Shown piece by piece: positions 20,720-31,316 of a stretch of 64,000 nucleotides of DNA (positions within the stretch are counted from its first letter, which is position 1; every line of letters starts with the position of its first letter). The notes beneath the pieces were generated by a model. The model saw nothing but the letters and a program-made list of their open reading frames with translations, had not been told where the DNA came from and searched no databases. The position numbers were made by a program, and so were the translations under genes. The DNA is taken from the NCBI GenBank assembly GCA_963709585.1, contig CAVPXI010000004.1, positions 170,547 to 234,546 of the forward strand, in the 5' to 3' direction. The DNA comes from Candidatus Dormiibacterota bacterium. GTDB taxonomy: Bacteria > Chloroflexota > Dormibacteria > Aeolococcales > Aeolococcaceae.

Positions 20720-22447
20720 CTACCCGGCAAGCGCCAAGGCCACCGTGCGCGTCACCTCGCCGCGCAGCTCGACTGCACGCCGGCGATCGACGCGAACCCT
20801 GACGATCTGAACGCCACCCGACGTGGCCGCCTCGCTCATCGCCGGCACCAATACTCGGGCGCTGTCGACAGTCCGAACGCCAATGCCGGCCGCACGCGCG
20901 ATCGCCTCGAGGTCGAGCCCGTGCGGTGTTCCGAAGAGCAGCTCGAACTCGTCCTCCGGCAGCGACGCCTGGGTGAGCATCGAGAAGATGCCGCCGCCGT
21001 CGTTGTCCACGACCACGAGCACGATGCCCGGGCCGCGCCGCGCGCCCCAGAGCAGACCCGATGCGTCGTGGAGCACGGACAGATCGCCGAGCAACGCGTA
21101 CGTCGGTCCGCTGACCTCGGCGATGCCGAGCGCCGTCGACACCAGGCCGTCGATGCCGCTGGCGCCACGGTTGGCCAGAACTCGAAGGCCGGTGCGCGGA
21201 CGCATGTACATGTCGAGATCGCGGACAGGCATGCTCGATCCGGCGAAGAGCACCCCGCCGTCCGGGATCGCGGCGGCGACATCGCGCGCGATCCGCCCTT
21301 CGAACGGCTCGTCCCACGAGTTGAGAAGCTCGTCGACGGCCTGGCGCACCTTGCGGTCCGCAGCGTGCCACTCATGGAGCCACTGCGGTCGCGTCGCAGG
21401 CAGCGACGAGCTCCGTCCGAACAGCGCTGCAACCACTTCTGCCGGATCGTCGTCGATGGTCAAGGTGGCGCGCCGATCGGGATCGGCCACCAGGCCGTCG
21501 GGGTCGACGATAAGCAGGCGGTCGGCACCACGGACCAACTCCTGCACGCCACGAGACGTGGGCGCGGCGCCGAACTGGATGACGAGGTCGGGATGATGCT
21601 GCTCCCGGAAGGCGGCGTCGGCGGCAAGCAGCGCGCCGGCTTGAAGCGCACCTGCGCGGCCGTGTCCATGGGGCGATTCGCGAAGCCCCGAGTGGGGTTC
21701 GGCGTGGAGGGGCCAGCCACGCTCTGCGCACAGGTCGACGAGTCCCGCGGGCACAACCCGGAGCCGCCCCGCCACGACCGCGACCCGATGGCCGGTGTTC
21801 ACCTCGCGCAGGAACGCGGGCATGCGGTCCACCGGACGATGCGTGGTCGTCAATGTCGTGTAGGTGATCGACGGCGCGTCGATGGCAGCGCCGCTCGGCA
21901 ACAGCGGCTCGCGAAAAGGCAGATTCAGGTGCACCGGGCCCGGCGGAGGAAACCGGACCGCGTGAGTGGTTGCCTCGACCCCGAACTGGGCCCAGCGATG
22001 CCGTTCGCGATCTCCCGCCACGGGAACGCCGGTGTCACAGAACCATTTGACGTAGCTGCCAAAGAGATTCTGCTGGTCGATGGTCTGATTGGCGCCGACA
22101 CCGTGTAACTCCGGAGGCCGGTCGGCGGTCATCACGATGATCGGCACGCGCCCCATGCATGCTTCGACGACGGCCGGGAAGTGGTTTGCGGCAGCGGTAC
22201 CCGACGTGCAGAACATCGCCACAGGTTTCCCTGATCCGGCGGCGATGCCCAACCCGAAGAACGCAGATGAGCGCTCGTCGACGTGCACATGCAGCGTGAT
22301 TCCCGGGTGACGAGCAGCCGCCAGCGCGATCGGCGTCGATCGTGATCCCGGTGTCATGCACATGTGCTCGACGCCTCCGCCCACGAGACCGTCGAGCAAA
22401 GCCGTCACGCACGCGAGCGCGATATCCCCTTCGCCGGGTTCCGTCAC
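20720..22447 (-). CDS. menD: 2-succinyl-5-enolpyruvyl-6-hydroxy-3-cyclohexene-1-carboxylate (SEPHCHC) synthase
   Basis: 575 aa, ThDP enzyme. N-terminus MTEPGEGDIALACVTALLDGL...MCMTPGSRSTP and a GDLS motif are typical of MenD. Confidence 0.85.
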   Translation of the reverse strand: MTEPGEGDIALACVTALLDGLVGGGVEHMCMTPGSRSTPIALAAARHPGITLHVHVDERSSAFFGLGIAAGSGKPVAMFCTSGTAAANHFPAVVEACMGRVPIIVMTADRPPELHGVGANQTIDQQNLFGSYVKWFCDTGVPVAGDRERHRWAQFGVEATTHAVRFPPPGPVHLNLPFREPLLPSGAAIDAPSITYTTLTTTHRPVDRMPAFLREVNTGHRVAVVAGRLRVVPAGLVDLCAERGWPLHAEPHSGLRESPHGHGRAGALQAGALLAADAAFREQHHPDLVIQFGAAPTSRGVQELVRGADRLLIVDPDGLVADPDRRATLTIDDDPAEVVAALFGRSSSLPATRPQWLHEWHAADRKVRQAVDELLNSWDEPFEGRIARDVAAAIPDGGVLFAGSSMPVRDLDMYMRPRTGLRVLANRGASGIDGLVSTALGIAEVSGPTYALLGDLSVLHDASGLLWGARRGPGIVLVVVDNDGGGIFSMLTQASLPEDEFELLFGTPHGLDLEAIARAAGIGVRTVDSARVLVPAMSEAATSGGVQIVRVRVDRRRAVELRGEVTRTVALALAG

Positions 22448-23301
22448 GCGGTGACCAGCAGGCGCATGTCCACCGATGGCCGCCGCGGGATGAGCCAGCC
22501 CAGGGTGGGGATGAGAGGATCGCTGACCACGTCCGACGCAAGCAGCAGGGCCGTGCCGGCGCCGTGGGCGAACGGCGCGTCCGGCAGTGACGCAGCGAGC
22601 GCGACCACCGCGGCGAGTCCGATGGACGTCTCCAGGGCACTTGACGCGATCGCGGGAACGCCGCTCTCCTCTGCGGCTCGGAGCGCCTGGCGCACTCCGC
22701 CGATGCGCTGAGGCTTGAGCACGATCACATCGGCGGCCTCGAGCTGGCGGAGGCGTCGCGCGTCAGCAGTCGCCCTGATGCACGACTCCGCGGCGACAGG
22801 CATGCCGGCACGGCCGCGCAACGTCGCGAGCTCTTCCAGCGACGCGACCGGGTCCTCGATCAACTCGATGTCGTAGGCGGCGAGTTGCGCCAGCTCGCGA
22901 ACGGCGGTCTCGACATCCCATGCACCATTGGCGTCAAGGCGGATCTTGACGTGCGGGCCGCACGCTGATCGGACCGCTGCGACCCTGTCGAGCGATTGCT
23001 CGTCGCCGACCTTGACCTTGACGGTGGCGCACCCCGAGCTGAGCGCGAGTGCCGCGGCGGCGTCAGGCGCGAGCCGCGGGACCATCGCGTTGACGGCGAC
23101 GCGATCGCGTGCCTCCGCTGGGAACGGCAGCGTCGCCGCCTCGAGCGCCGATCGCTCGGCCGCCGCGCGCTCGGCATCGCCCCAGCTTGGCAGTGGCGAG
23201 AATTCGCCCCATCCGGCAGGACCCTCGATGAGGTATCCGCTGCGCATGGTCACGCCCATGACCGGGTGGCGCAGCGCGACGCTGAAAGGCAGACGCTTCA
23301 C
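22444..23301 (-). CDS. menC: o-succinylbenzoate synthase
   Basis: Enolase superfamily (GWGEFSPLP, KVKVG, DANGAW, IEDP). GTG start chosen so that it overlaps the menA stop (GTGA). The start of the ORF in the track is junk. Confidence 0.75.
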   Translation of the reverse strand: MKRLPFSVALRHPVMGVTMRSGYLIEGPAGWGEFSPLPSWGDAERAAAERSALEAATLPFPAEARDRVAVNAMVPRLAPDAAAALALSSGCATVKVKVGDEQSLDRVAAVRSACGPHVKIRLDANGAWDVETAVRELAQLAAYDIELIEDPVASLEELATLRGRAGMPVAAESCIRATADARRLRQLEAADVIVLKPQRIGGVRQALRAAEESGVPAIASSALETSIGLAAVVALAASLPDAPFAHGAGTALLLASDVVSDPLIPTLGWLIPRRPSVDMRLLVTA

Positions 23302-24196
23302 GACGCAAGCAGCGCGCCCGCGAGGACGGCGCCGAACACCAGTTGCAATCGCGTGATGCCGATGAGCGCGGGCACGAGCGCCCGACCTTCGGCGGTGCGC
23401 ACGGTGCGCAGTGGCGCGAACGCGAGCGGAATCGTCAGCAGCGTGAGCGCGACGAGCCACGGCAGCGTGCGAACCAGCGCACCCGCCGAGGGCAGAAGCA
23501 GCGCGATCACCACGATCGCCACGAGGAGGTTGCGGCTTCGCGGCGCACCGAGGCGCACCGCGAGGGTTCGCTTGCCCACCGCGCTGTCGGTGGGAATGTC
23601 ACGCAGGTTGTTCACCATCAGCAGCGCGCACGCCAGCAACCCGACCGGAATCGCGAGCCAGAAGACGCTCGCGTCGAGCCGGTCCTGCTGGACGAACGCG
23701 GTGCCAGCCGTGGCCACGAGACCGAAGAAGACGAACACCGAGATCTCGCCAAGCCCGCTCGCAGCGTATGGCTTCGGACCGCCCGAGTAGAGCGCCAGGG
23801 CGAGCACCGAGAGCGCGCCTGCGGCGATGAGCCAGGGTGTGGTGAGCAGGGCGAGGACGAGCCCGGCCACGGCGGCGATGCACACCGTTGCGATCGCCGC
23901 GGTCGCGACCGCGCGCGGTGGCGCGAGGCCCGACGCGACCAGGCGCCGCGGCCCGATCCGCGCCGCGGTGTCGACCCCGCGCACGCCGTCGAAGTAGTCG
24001 TTGGCGTAATTCACACCGATCTGCAGGGCGACGGCGACGACCAGGGCGAGCAGGGAGCGTGGAATCGAGACCGCGCTCCGGCCGGCCCAGCCGCACCGAC
24101 GAGCACGGGAACGATTGCCGCGACCAGCGTTCGCGGTCGCGCACCGATCCACCAGACGGCGAGCGGACCCGGCCGGGGGGCCGCCTCCGCGATCAC
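23298..24196 (-). CDS. menA: 1,4-dihydroxy-2-naphthoate polyprenyltransferase, frameshifted
   Basis: N-terminus [22 protein letters not shown] is in the 24631 frame. The body ([15 protein letters not shown], UbiA family) is in the 24152 frame. Inserting one C/G at the GGG run 24054-24056 restores a continuous MenA. GTG start overlaps the menB stop. Confidence 0.8.
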
Positions 24197-25017
24197 GGCC
24201 GGTGGGGGAACTTCGCGAAGTCGGGTTTGCGCTTCTCGACGTACGCGTTGCGGCCTTCCTGCGCCTCCTCGCTCATATAGAAGAGCAGGGTTGCGTCGCC
24301 GGCGAGCTGCTGCACGCCGGCGAGACCGTCGCTGTCGGCGTTGAAGCCGGCCTTGAGCAGGCGCAGCGCGAGCGGGCTCATCTCGAGCATCCGGTTGCAC
24401 ACCGCGACCGTCTCCTCCTCGAGGCGCTCGAGCGGGACGACCCGGTTGACCAGCCCCCAACGCTCGGCGGTGGCAGCGTCGTACTGCTCGCACAGGAACC
24501 AGATCTCCTTGGCGCGCTTCAACCCGATGGTTCGGGCCAGGAGCCCGGCGCCGTAGCCGGCATCGAACGAGCCCACCTTGGGTCCGGTCTGACCGAAGCG
24601 CGCGTTGTCGGCGGCGATGGTCAGGTCGCACACCAGGTGGAGGACGTGGCCGCCACCGATCGCGTAGCCCGCCACCATGGCGACGACCGGCTTGGGCAGG
24701 CGCCGGATCTGCACCTGCAGGTCGAGCACGTTGAGGCGTCCGATCCCGGCGGGATCGCGATAGCCGTCATCGCCGCGGACGCGCTGGTCGCCGCCCGAGC
24801 AGAACGCCTGGGTGCCCTCGCCAGTCAGCACCACGACCCCGATCGTCGGATCGTCGCGGGCAATCTCGAAGGCGCGAGACAGCTCGAAGAGCGTGGTCGG
24901 CCGGAACGCGTTGCGAACCTCCGGCCGGTTGATGGTCAGCTTGGCGATGCCGCCGGCGGTCTCGTAGCGAAGGTCCTCCCAGTCGCCGGTCGCGACCCAC
25001 TCCACGATGGCATGCAC
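24193..25017 (-). CDS. menB: 1,4-dihydroxy-2-naphthoyl-CoA synthase
   Basis: Crotonase fold with MenB-specific motifs ([24 protein letters not shown]). Confidence 0.9.
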   Translation of the reverse strand: MHAIVEWVATGDWEDLRYETAGGIAKLTINRPEVRNAFRPTTLFELSRAFEIARDDPTIGVVVLTGEGTQAFCSGGDQRVRGDDGYRDPAGIGRLNVLDLQVQIRRLPKPVVAMVAGYAIGGGHVLHLVCDLTIAADNARFGQTGPKVGSFDAGYGAGLLARTIGLKRAKEIWFLCEQYDAATAERWGLVNRVVPLERLEEETVAVCNRMLEMSPLALRLLKAGFNADSDGLAGVQQLAGDATLLFYMSEEAQEGRNAYVEKRKPDFAKFPHRP

Positions 25018-25094
25018 CTCACGTTGAACTCGAATCGATCGCTCTCGATGGTAGCCCGCCAGGGTCCGGGCGGGCGGCGGGGTACGCTCGGCGG

Positions 25095-26267
25095 ATGACC
25101 GCGTCCGAGCTACGCCGCGTGCTGCGTGTGGGCGACATTGCCGCCGTCACCCTGAAACCTGGCGCATCGTGGCTCCCGGTTCTCCGCCGCGCCCGCGAGG
25201 TGGGCGCGGCGATCCTGCCGATCGACATTCGCCTCTCGAAGCCCGAGCGCGCGGCGCTGGTCGTCATCGCGCAGCCGACCGTGATCGCCGACGAGGCAGG
25301 AATCCGTCGGGCGGACGGGGAGCCGATCGATCCCGAGATCGCCCTTGTCATCGCCACGTCTGGAACCTCGGGTCAGGCACGGCTGGCTGAACTCCCCGCG
25401 GTCGCGGTGGAGGCGGCGGTGGTGGCCTCGGCCACGGCCATCGACGCCCGCGCCGAGGACCGGTGGCTCTCCTGCCTGCCGCCGGCGCACATCGGCGGAC
25501 TGCTCGTTCTCGAGCGCCATCTACTCCTCGGGGCGCCGATCACGTTCCGGCGCCGCCTCACACGCTCGGTCGTGGCTCGGCTCGGCGACGCGCGTTTCAC
25601 GTCGCTGGTGCCCACGCAGCTCGCCCGCCTGCTCGACGTCGATGCCGACCTCGCCCGCTTCCGGGCGATCCTCGTCGGCGGATCGGGGGTGGATGCCGAG
25701 CTCACGACCAGGGCGGCGAAGGCCGGTCTGCGCGTGGTGCCGACCTACGGGATGACCGAGACCTGCGGCGGGGTCGTGTACGCGGGCCGCCCGCTTGCCG
25801 GCGTGGAGGTGCGCGCCGCGGGCTGGGGCGAGCTGCTCGTGCGCGGGCCGACGCTCATGCGCGGCTACCGGCTCGATCCCGCCGCTTCGCTCGCCGCCTT
25901 CGAACCGGGTGGGTGGTTGCGCACAGGAGACGCCGGCGAGGTCGATACCGATGGGACGGTCCGCGTGCACGGGCGGATCGCGGACGTGATCGTCAGTGGC
26001 GGCGAGAAGATCTGGCCGGCGGAGGTCGAGGCGGCGCTGATGAGCCATCCGGACGTTGCGGGTGCCCTGGTCTCGGCGAGCCCCGACCGCGAATGGGGCC
26101 AGCGGGTGGTGGTGCGCGTCGTCCCGCGACGCCGCTCGAACCCACCCACGCTCGACTCGCTGCGCGATCACGCAGCGCAGACGGTTGCCCGGCACAAGCT
26201 GCCCCGCGAGTTGATCATCGTCGAGCGCCTCGACCGCACCGCACTGGGGAAGATTCGCCGCCGTTGA
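25095..26267 (+). CDS. menE: o-succinylbenzoate--CoA ligase
   Basis: Adenylate-forming family ([48 protein letters not shown]). Short actinobacterial MenE form. Confidence 0.75.
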   Translation: MTASELRRVLRVGDIAAVTLKPGASWLPVLRRAREVGAAILPIDIRLSKPERAALVVIAQPTVIADEAGIRRADGEPIDPEIALVIATSGTSGQARLAELPAVAVEAAVVASATAIDARAEDRWLSCLPPAHIGGLLVLERHLLLGAPITFRRRLTRSVVARLGDARFTSLVPTQLARLLDVDADLARFRAILVGGSGVDAELTTRAAKAGLRVVPTYGMTETCGGVVYAGRPLAGVEVRAAGWGELLVRGPTLMRGYRLDPAASLAAFEPGGWLRTGDAGEVDTDGTVRVHGRIADVIVSGGEKIWPAEVEAALMSHPDVAGALVSASPDREWGQRVVVRVVPRRRSNPPTLDSLRDHAAQTVARHKLPRELIIVERLDRTALGKIRRR

Positions 26268-26271
26268 CCGC

Positions 26272-27087
26272 TCAGGAGACGGCTGCGAGGTATCGCGGAG
26301 GGTCGGTGTCAGACCCCGCGTCGACCCGCTCGATGCCACCGTCACGGACCAGCTTGTCGAGATGCGCCTGGACGGTCCAGGCGGCGAGGGGATAGACCTC
26401 GACCGGGTACCCCGCATAGAGCGTGGGGACGAGGTCCATGGGCGTGAACGCTGGCCTTCCCTGGGCCGCGGCGAGCACCTGCGCCTCGCGCTCCAGGCGG
26501 TGAGCGATGTACTCGTCAATCAGCGCCCCCGCGTTGTCGACGCGCTCGCCATGCCCGGGCAGGATGGTCAGCGGTTGCAGCGCGCGCACTCGGCGCAGCG
26601 ACTCCATGTAGTCGGACATGTCGCCTTCGCCGGGATGGACGACCGATGTGGTGCCGTTCAGGATGTGATCGCCGGTATAGAGCGTGCGCGTTGCGGGGTC
26701 GAGGAAGCAGAGATGGTCGCGCGTGTGCCCGGGCGTGTGCACGGCGATCAGCTCGAGGTCGCCACGGCGCATGACGTCGCCGTCGGAGAGTGCCTGCGCA
26801 TGCTCGTTCCCCGCCGACGGGTCGAAGCAGTGCACGGTCGCTCCAGTCCGCTGCGCGAGCCGCAGCGCCAGCGGGCGATGGTCCGGGTGCGAGTGGGTGA
26901 GCACGATCGTCGTGATCCGGCCGGCACGGGCGCCCGCGGCGTCGAGGATGGCGGCGAGATGACCGTCGTCGTCGGGGCCGGGGTCGACGCACACCAGGGA
27001 GGTGCCGCCGGCGAGGTACGTATTCGTCCCACGACCCGTGAACACCGACGGGTTGGGTGCGAGCACGCGCGTCGGGGGGCTGGTCAC
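26272..27087 (-). CDS. MBL-fold metallo-hydrolase
   Basis: THSHPDH and later HTPGHT motifs. GTG start overlaps the stop of the upstream NUDIX gene (GTGA). Confidence 0.7.
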   Translation of the reverse strand: MTSPPTRVLAPNPSVFTGRGTNTYLAGGTSLVCVDPGPDDDGHLAAILDAAGARAGRITTIVLTHSHPDHRPLALRLAQRTGATVHCFDPSAGNEHAQALSDGDVMRRGDLELIAVHTPGHTRDHLCFLDPATRTLYTGDHILNGTTSVVHPGEGDMSDYMESLRRVRALQPLTILPGHGERVDNAGALIDEYIAHRLEREAQVLAAAQGRPAFTPMDLVPTLYAGYPVEVYPLAAWTVQAHLDKLVRDGGIERVDAGSDTDPPRYLAAVS

Positions 27088-27767
27088 GACGATCCGCCCT
27101 GCTCGGGCTCGAGTGCCATCCAGCGGGCGATGATCTCCGGGGTGATCTCGGTCTCCTCGATCGGGTGCGCACCGAGCGTTCTCAGGATCGCGTCGACGGA
27201 TCCGAGCCGGGCAAACTCGTGGCACATCACCCGGGTGGGCGGCATGATCGCTGGAAGCTCGAGGCCGAGCATCTGCTCCGGCCGGTGCCACCCGCCCTCG
27301 ACGGCCTCCGCCGCGTGCACGCACACCTCCTGGCCGCCCGGTGCGGCGAGCGCGAAGAACCTCGTGTCGTAGCGACGCCCCTCGCGTGGCGGCGTGATGA
27401 GATGCCCGATGTAGACAAGACGCTCGGGCGCAATCACCAGGTCATGTTCGGTAAGGGTCTCGGCGAGGTCTCCACCCGCAAGCAGCTTCGAACGGGCCGC
27501 TCCGATACGTGCCGCGAGGTCGCCATCGCTAACGCCGTCAGCCCCACCGCCGATGAGGATGCCGACCTCCTCGAGCACCTCGCGGACGCCGGCGACCGCG
27601 TACGCCGCCTCACCGCTGCCGTCCGCGGCGTCCAGCGCGCCACCGGGGAAGACGAATGCCCCCGCGGCGAAGCTGCTCCGGCCCGGACGGCGCAGCATGC
27701 AGACCTCGACGCCTCCGTCGACGTCGCGCAGCAGCGCAACCGTGCTGGCCGGGATCGCGACACTCAC
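27084..27767 (-). CDS. NUDIX hydrolase
   Basis: Nudix box GGALDAADGSGEAAYAVAGVREVLEEVGI. Confidence 0.75.
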   Translation of the reverse strand: MSVAIPASTVALLRDVDGGVEVCMLRRPGRSSFAAGAFVFPGGALDAADGSGEAAYAVAGVREVLEEVGILIGGGADGVSDGDLAARIGAARSKLLAGGDLAETLTEHDLVIAPERLVYIGHLITPPREGRRYDTRFFALAAPGGQEVCVHAAEAVEGGWHRPEQMLGLELPAIMPPTRVMCHEFARLGSVDAILRTLGAHPIEETEITPEIIARWMALEPEQGGSS

Positions 27768-27833
27768 CTACGCATGGTATGAGTGCGGTGATCGAGCACG
27801 ACTCGACCGCCGATCGCGTCACCATGCCCTCCG

Positions 27834-28604
27834 ATGTCATCCCACCTCGAGGTCGCGCTGGAGCTCGCCGACATCGCCGATGCGATCACGCTGGCGCGCT
27901 TCCGTGCGCCTGATCTGCGCGTCGACACCAAGGCCGACCGCACCCCGGTGACCGACGCCGACCGCACCACCGAACAGGCGCTTCGTGGCGCGTTGCAGCG
28001 CCTGCGCCCGGGGCAGGAGATCGTCGGCGAGGAGTTCGGTGGCCACGCGCAGGGTGAGTGGCGCTGGATCCTCGACCCCATCGACGGGACGGTGAACTAC
28101 GCCAACGGTGTCCCGGTCTGGGCATCGCTGATCGCGCTGATGCGCGGTGACCGCGCCGTCTGCGGCGTGGTCTCGGCGCCCGCGTTGGGCCGGCGATGGT
28201 GGGCGGCGACCGGCCAGGGTGCGTTCACCGGTTCGGGACAGCGCATCCACGTCTCGGGGACGCCGGTCCTCGAGGAGGCGTATGTGTCGTGCACCGACGT
28301 GCGTGACTTCGCGACCCGTCGTGGTGAGCGGGGGTTCCGCACCGTGCTCCAGCGGGCGCGGGTGGTGCGAGCCTTCGGCGATTTCTGGTCCCACATGCTG
28401 GTCGCCGAGGGGGTGATCGACGTCGCCGTCGAAGCCTGGGTCAACCCATGGGATGTCGCCGCGACCCAGGCGATCGTGATTGAAGCCGGCGGCCGCTTCA
28501 GCGATTTCGACGGCGAGGTGCGCATCGACACCGGCACCGTGATCACCACCAACGGCCTGCTCCATGACGAACTGGTGAGCCTGATGGGAGATCGTTCCGA
28601 GTAG
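27834..28604 (+). CDS. inositol monophosphatase family protein (histidinol-phosphatase HisN-like)
   Basis: IMPase motifs (EEFGG, WILDPIDGT, WDVAA). The actinobacterial HisN subgroup is likely. Confidence 0.7.
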   Translation: MSSHLEVALELADIADAITLARFRAPDLRVDTKADRTPVTDADRTTEQALRGALQRLRPGQEIVGEEFGGHAQGEWRWILDPIDGTVNYANGVPVWASLIALMRGDRAVCGVVSAPALGRRWWAATGQGAFTGSGQRIHVSGTPVLEEAYVSCTDVRDFATRRGERGFRTVLQRARVVRAFGDFWSHMLVAEGVIDVAVEAWVNPWDVAATQAIVIEAGGRFSDFDGEVRIDTGTVITTNGLLHDELVSLMGDRSE

Positions 28605-28619
28605 CTAAACGAGACTGAG

Positions 28620-28646
28620 TTTCATGTAGACTTCGGTCTCATGAAA
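28620..28646. promoter_or_regulatory. AT-rich inverted repeat (TTTCATG-N13-CATGAAA), candidate metalloregulator operator
   Basis: 7-bp inverted arms in a conspicuously AT-rich 60-bp stretch directly upstream of the metal ABC-uptake operon. Confidence 0.35.
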
Positions 28647-28673
28647 TTCTCCTATCCTCGCCGCAGTTCAGAC

Positions 28674-29582
28674 ATGGCCCGGATGACAGCGGCCGGGCTC
28701 GGACTGATCGTCCTGGTCAGCGCGTGCGGCGCGACCTCCAGCCAGGCGGCGCCGGGCACCATTGCAGTCGTGGCCGCCGAGAACGAGTACGGCAACGTCG
28801 CTGCCCAGATCGGCGGGAAGGACGTGTCCGTGACGTCCGTTGAGAGCAACCCGAACACCGATCCGCACACTTATGAGGTCAGCCCGAGCGTGGCCCAGGA
28901 GGTCGGGGCCGCCGAGCTGGTCATCCAGAACGGCGTCGGCTACGACAACTACATGACCAAGATCCTGTCGGCGTCACCAGGCCAAACTCGCAAGGTCATC
29001 AACGTGCAGCATCTCCTCGGGCTTCCTGACAGCACGCCAAACCCGCATCTGTGGTATGACCCGACAACCATGCCGAAGGTGGCCAACGCGCTGGCTGCCG
29101 ACTACGCGGCACTGAAGCCGGCCGATGCCTCGTATTTCACGACGAACGCAAGCCGGTTCATCGTCTCGCTCAACCCCTGGCTGCAGGCTCTCGCGAGCTT
29201 CAAGTCGCAGTACGCCGGGACGCCGGTGGCCACCACGGAACCGGTCGCGGACTACATGCTTCAGGCGGCGGGCGCCGACAACCTGACACCCTTCAAGTTT
29301 CAGGCGGACATCATGAACGGGGTCGATCCCGCACCCCAGGATGTGTCGCTCGAGACGGGTCTGTTCACTCAGCACAGGGTCAAGGTGCTCGTGTACAACC
29401 AGCAGGTCACCGACACGCTGACGCAGACCTTCATCAGCGCCGCACAGTCCGCGAAGATCCCGGTCATCGGCGTGTACGAGACGATGCCGACGCCCGGCTA
29501 CAACTACCAGTCGTGGATGCTCTCGGAGGTCGCTGCGCTGCAGAAGGCCGTCGCCGACGGTATCTCCACGCAACACTTGTAG
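28674..29582 (+). CDS. metal ABC transporter substrate-binding lipoprotein (TroA/ZnuA/MntC family)
   Basis: Lipoprotein signal MARMTAAGLGLIVLVSACG and cluster-9 SBP fold motifs. An alternative upstream ATG lies at 28641. Confidence 0.75.
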   Translation: MARMTAAGLGLIVLVSACGATSSQAAPGTIAVVAAENEYGNVAAQIGGKDVSVTSVESNPNTDPHTYEVSPSVAQEVGAAELVIQNGVGYDNYMTKILSASPGQTRKVINVQHLLGLPDSTPNPHLWYDPTTMPKVANALAADYAALKPADASYFTTNASRFIVSLNPWLQALASFKSQYAGTPVATTEPVADYMLQAAGADNLTPFKFQADIMNGVDPAPQDVSLETGLFTQHRVKVLVYNQQVTDTLTQTFISAAQSAKIPVIGVYETMPTPGYNYQSWMLSEVAALQKAVADGISTQHL

Positions 29583-29584
29583 AC

Positions 29585-30414
29585 GTGCAGGGACGCGCCG
29601 CCACCGGCTCGGACGAGATCCTCGCCGTCGACGCCATCAGCGTCACCCTGTCCGGGCGCGAGATCCTCCACGACGTCACCTTCCACATCAATGCGGGTGA
29701 GTTCACCGGGCTGATCGGCTCGAACGGTGCCGGCAAGACAACGCTGCTCCGCGTCATCCTCGGGCTCATCAGCCCAGCGCCGGCACGGTGCGCGTTGATG
29801 GTGGAGGGCAGCGTCAACCGCTCATCGGCTACGTGCCTCAGCGGATCACGCTCGACCCGGACATGCCGTTGCGCGCGCGCGACCTGGTCGGGCTCGGCAT
29901 CGACGGTCAGCGGTTCGGACTGCCGCTGCCGTCGTCCACACGACGCAAGCAGGTCGACGACATGCTCGAGGCCGTCGACGCAACGCGCTTCGCCAACTCG
30001 CGGGTCGGCAACCTGTCCGGTGGCGAGCAGCAGCGGATCCTCATCGCCCATGCGCTGATCAGCCGTCCGCGCCTGCTGCTCCTCGACGAACCGCTCGCGA
30101 ACCTGGACCTCGGCAGCGAGCAGGAGGTGGTGGACCTGCTGGCGCGAATCGCGAGGGAGCAGCGGATCGCCGTGCTTATCTCTACGCACGACATGAACCC
30201 ATTGCTTCCCGTGATGGACCGCATCGTCTATATCGCGAACGGACGGATTGCGACCGGGACGACCGCTGAGGTTGTCTCGAGCGAGTCGCTCACCAAGCTC
30301 TACGGAGTCCACGTCGACGTCATCCACGTCCACGATCGCATTCTCGTGGTGGCGGGACGCCGCGAGGAGGCGCTTCAGCACGGGGACACCGAGTCGATCG
30401 TCGAGCTGGTGTAG
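29585..30414 (+). CDS. metal ABC transporter ATP-binding protein, frameshifted
   Basis: Walker A GSNGAGKTT is in the 29513 frame. IGYVPQR, LSGGEQQR and LLLLDEP are in the 29788 frame. Adding one C to the CCC run at 29773-29775 gives the continuous ...GLISPSAGTVRVDGG.... GTG start just after the SBP stop. Confidence 0.8.
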
Positions 30415-30416
30415 CG

Positions 30417-31316
30417 GTGCCCGGATTCCTTTCACCGATCATCGAGCCAGGCTTCTTCTCCAACCTGCCGGTGCAGACCGCTCTTGTGGTGGGTGGAGTG
30501 GTCGCTGTCGTATCCGGCATCGTCGGCACCTTCACGGTCATGCGTGGCCAGTCATTCGCCGGTCACTCGCTGGCCGACATCGGCACCGCGGGTGGGTCGG
30601 CGGCGTTCGTGCTCGGGATCAGCCCACTGTTCGGGTACGTCGCGATGAACCTGATGGCTGCGGGGGTGATGGAGTGGATCGGGATCCGGCGGCCGCGGGG
30701 ACGTGACCTTGCGACTGGAATCGTGCTCGGCGCGGCGCTCGGGCTCGCCGCGCTGTTCCTCTACCTGGACACGACGGGGTCGAGCACCACCGGGGCGACG
30801 GTCAACGTTCTGTTCGGGTCGATCTTCACCCTGCCCGCATCCATGGTCCCGGTCATCGCGATCTTCAGCGTCGTCGCCGCCGGCATCGTGCTCGCGATGT
30901 ACCGCCCGCTGATCCTGAGCTCAATCAGCTCCGATCTCGCCACGGCTCAGGGCGTTCGGGTTCGCCTGGTCGGTATCGGCTATCTCATCGCGCTCGCGTT
31001 GGCGGTGTCGCTTTCCGCGGTCACCATCGGCGCCATCCTGTCGACCGCCCTGCTGATCGGACCCGCGGCAACCGCGCTGCGCATCACCAACCGGACGGGT
31101 CGCGCCGCGGTGATCGCGGCCGGCATCGGGGTCATCGCGACCTGGCTCGGCGTGCTCCTCGCTTACGACAGCTACTACTGGTTCCCAAGCGGGGGTGGCT
31201 GGCCGGTGAGCTTTTTCGTCGTCACCCTGATCTTCCTCGGGTATCTCGTTTCGCAGCTTCGGTTTCGCGGACGCTCCGTTGCAGTACGCCGCTCGACCGC
31301 CGCGCAGGCAGGCTGA
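30417..31316 (+). CDS. metal ABC transporter permease (TroC/ZnuB family)
   Basis: 299 aa, 8-9 TM segments, ABC-3 family. Confidence 0.75.
   Translation: MPGFLSPIIEPGFFSNLPVQTALVVGGVVAVVSGIVGTFTVMRGQSFAGHSLADIGTAGGSAAFVLGISPLFGYVAMNLMAAGVMEWIGIRRPRGRDLATGIVLGAALGLAALFLYLDTTGSSTTGATVNVLFGSIFTLPASMVPVIAIFSVVAAGIVLAMYRPLILSSISSDLATAQGVRVRLVGIGYLIALALAVSLSAVTIGAILSTALLIGPAATALRITNRTGRAAVIAAGIGVIATWLGVLLAYDSYYWFPSGGGWPVSFFVVTLIFLGYLVSQLRFRGRSVAVRRSTAAQAG

Noticed and set aside
8184-24196. Calling the split genes (MetE-like, RibD-like, FtsX, menA and others) as pseudogenes
   Set aside because: Every break is a plus-or-minus 1 indel in a G/C homopolymer and hits core functions. A technical error is more parsimonious, so they are reported as frameshifted CDSs.
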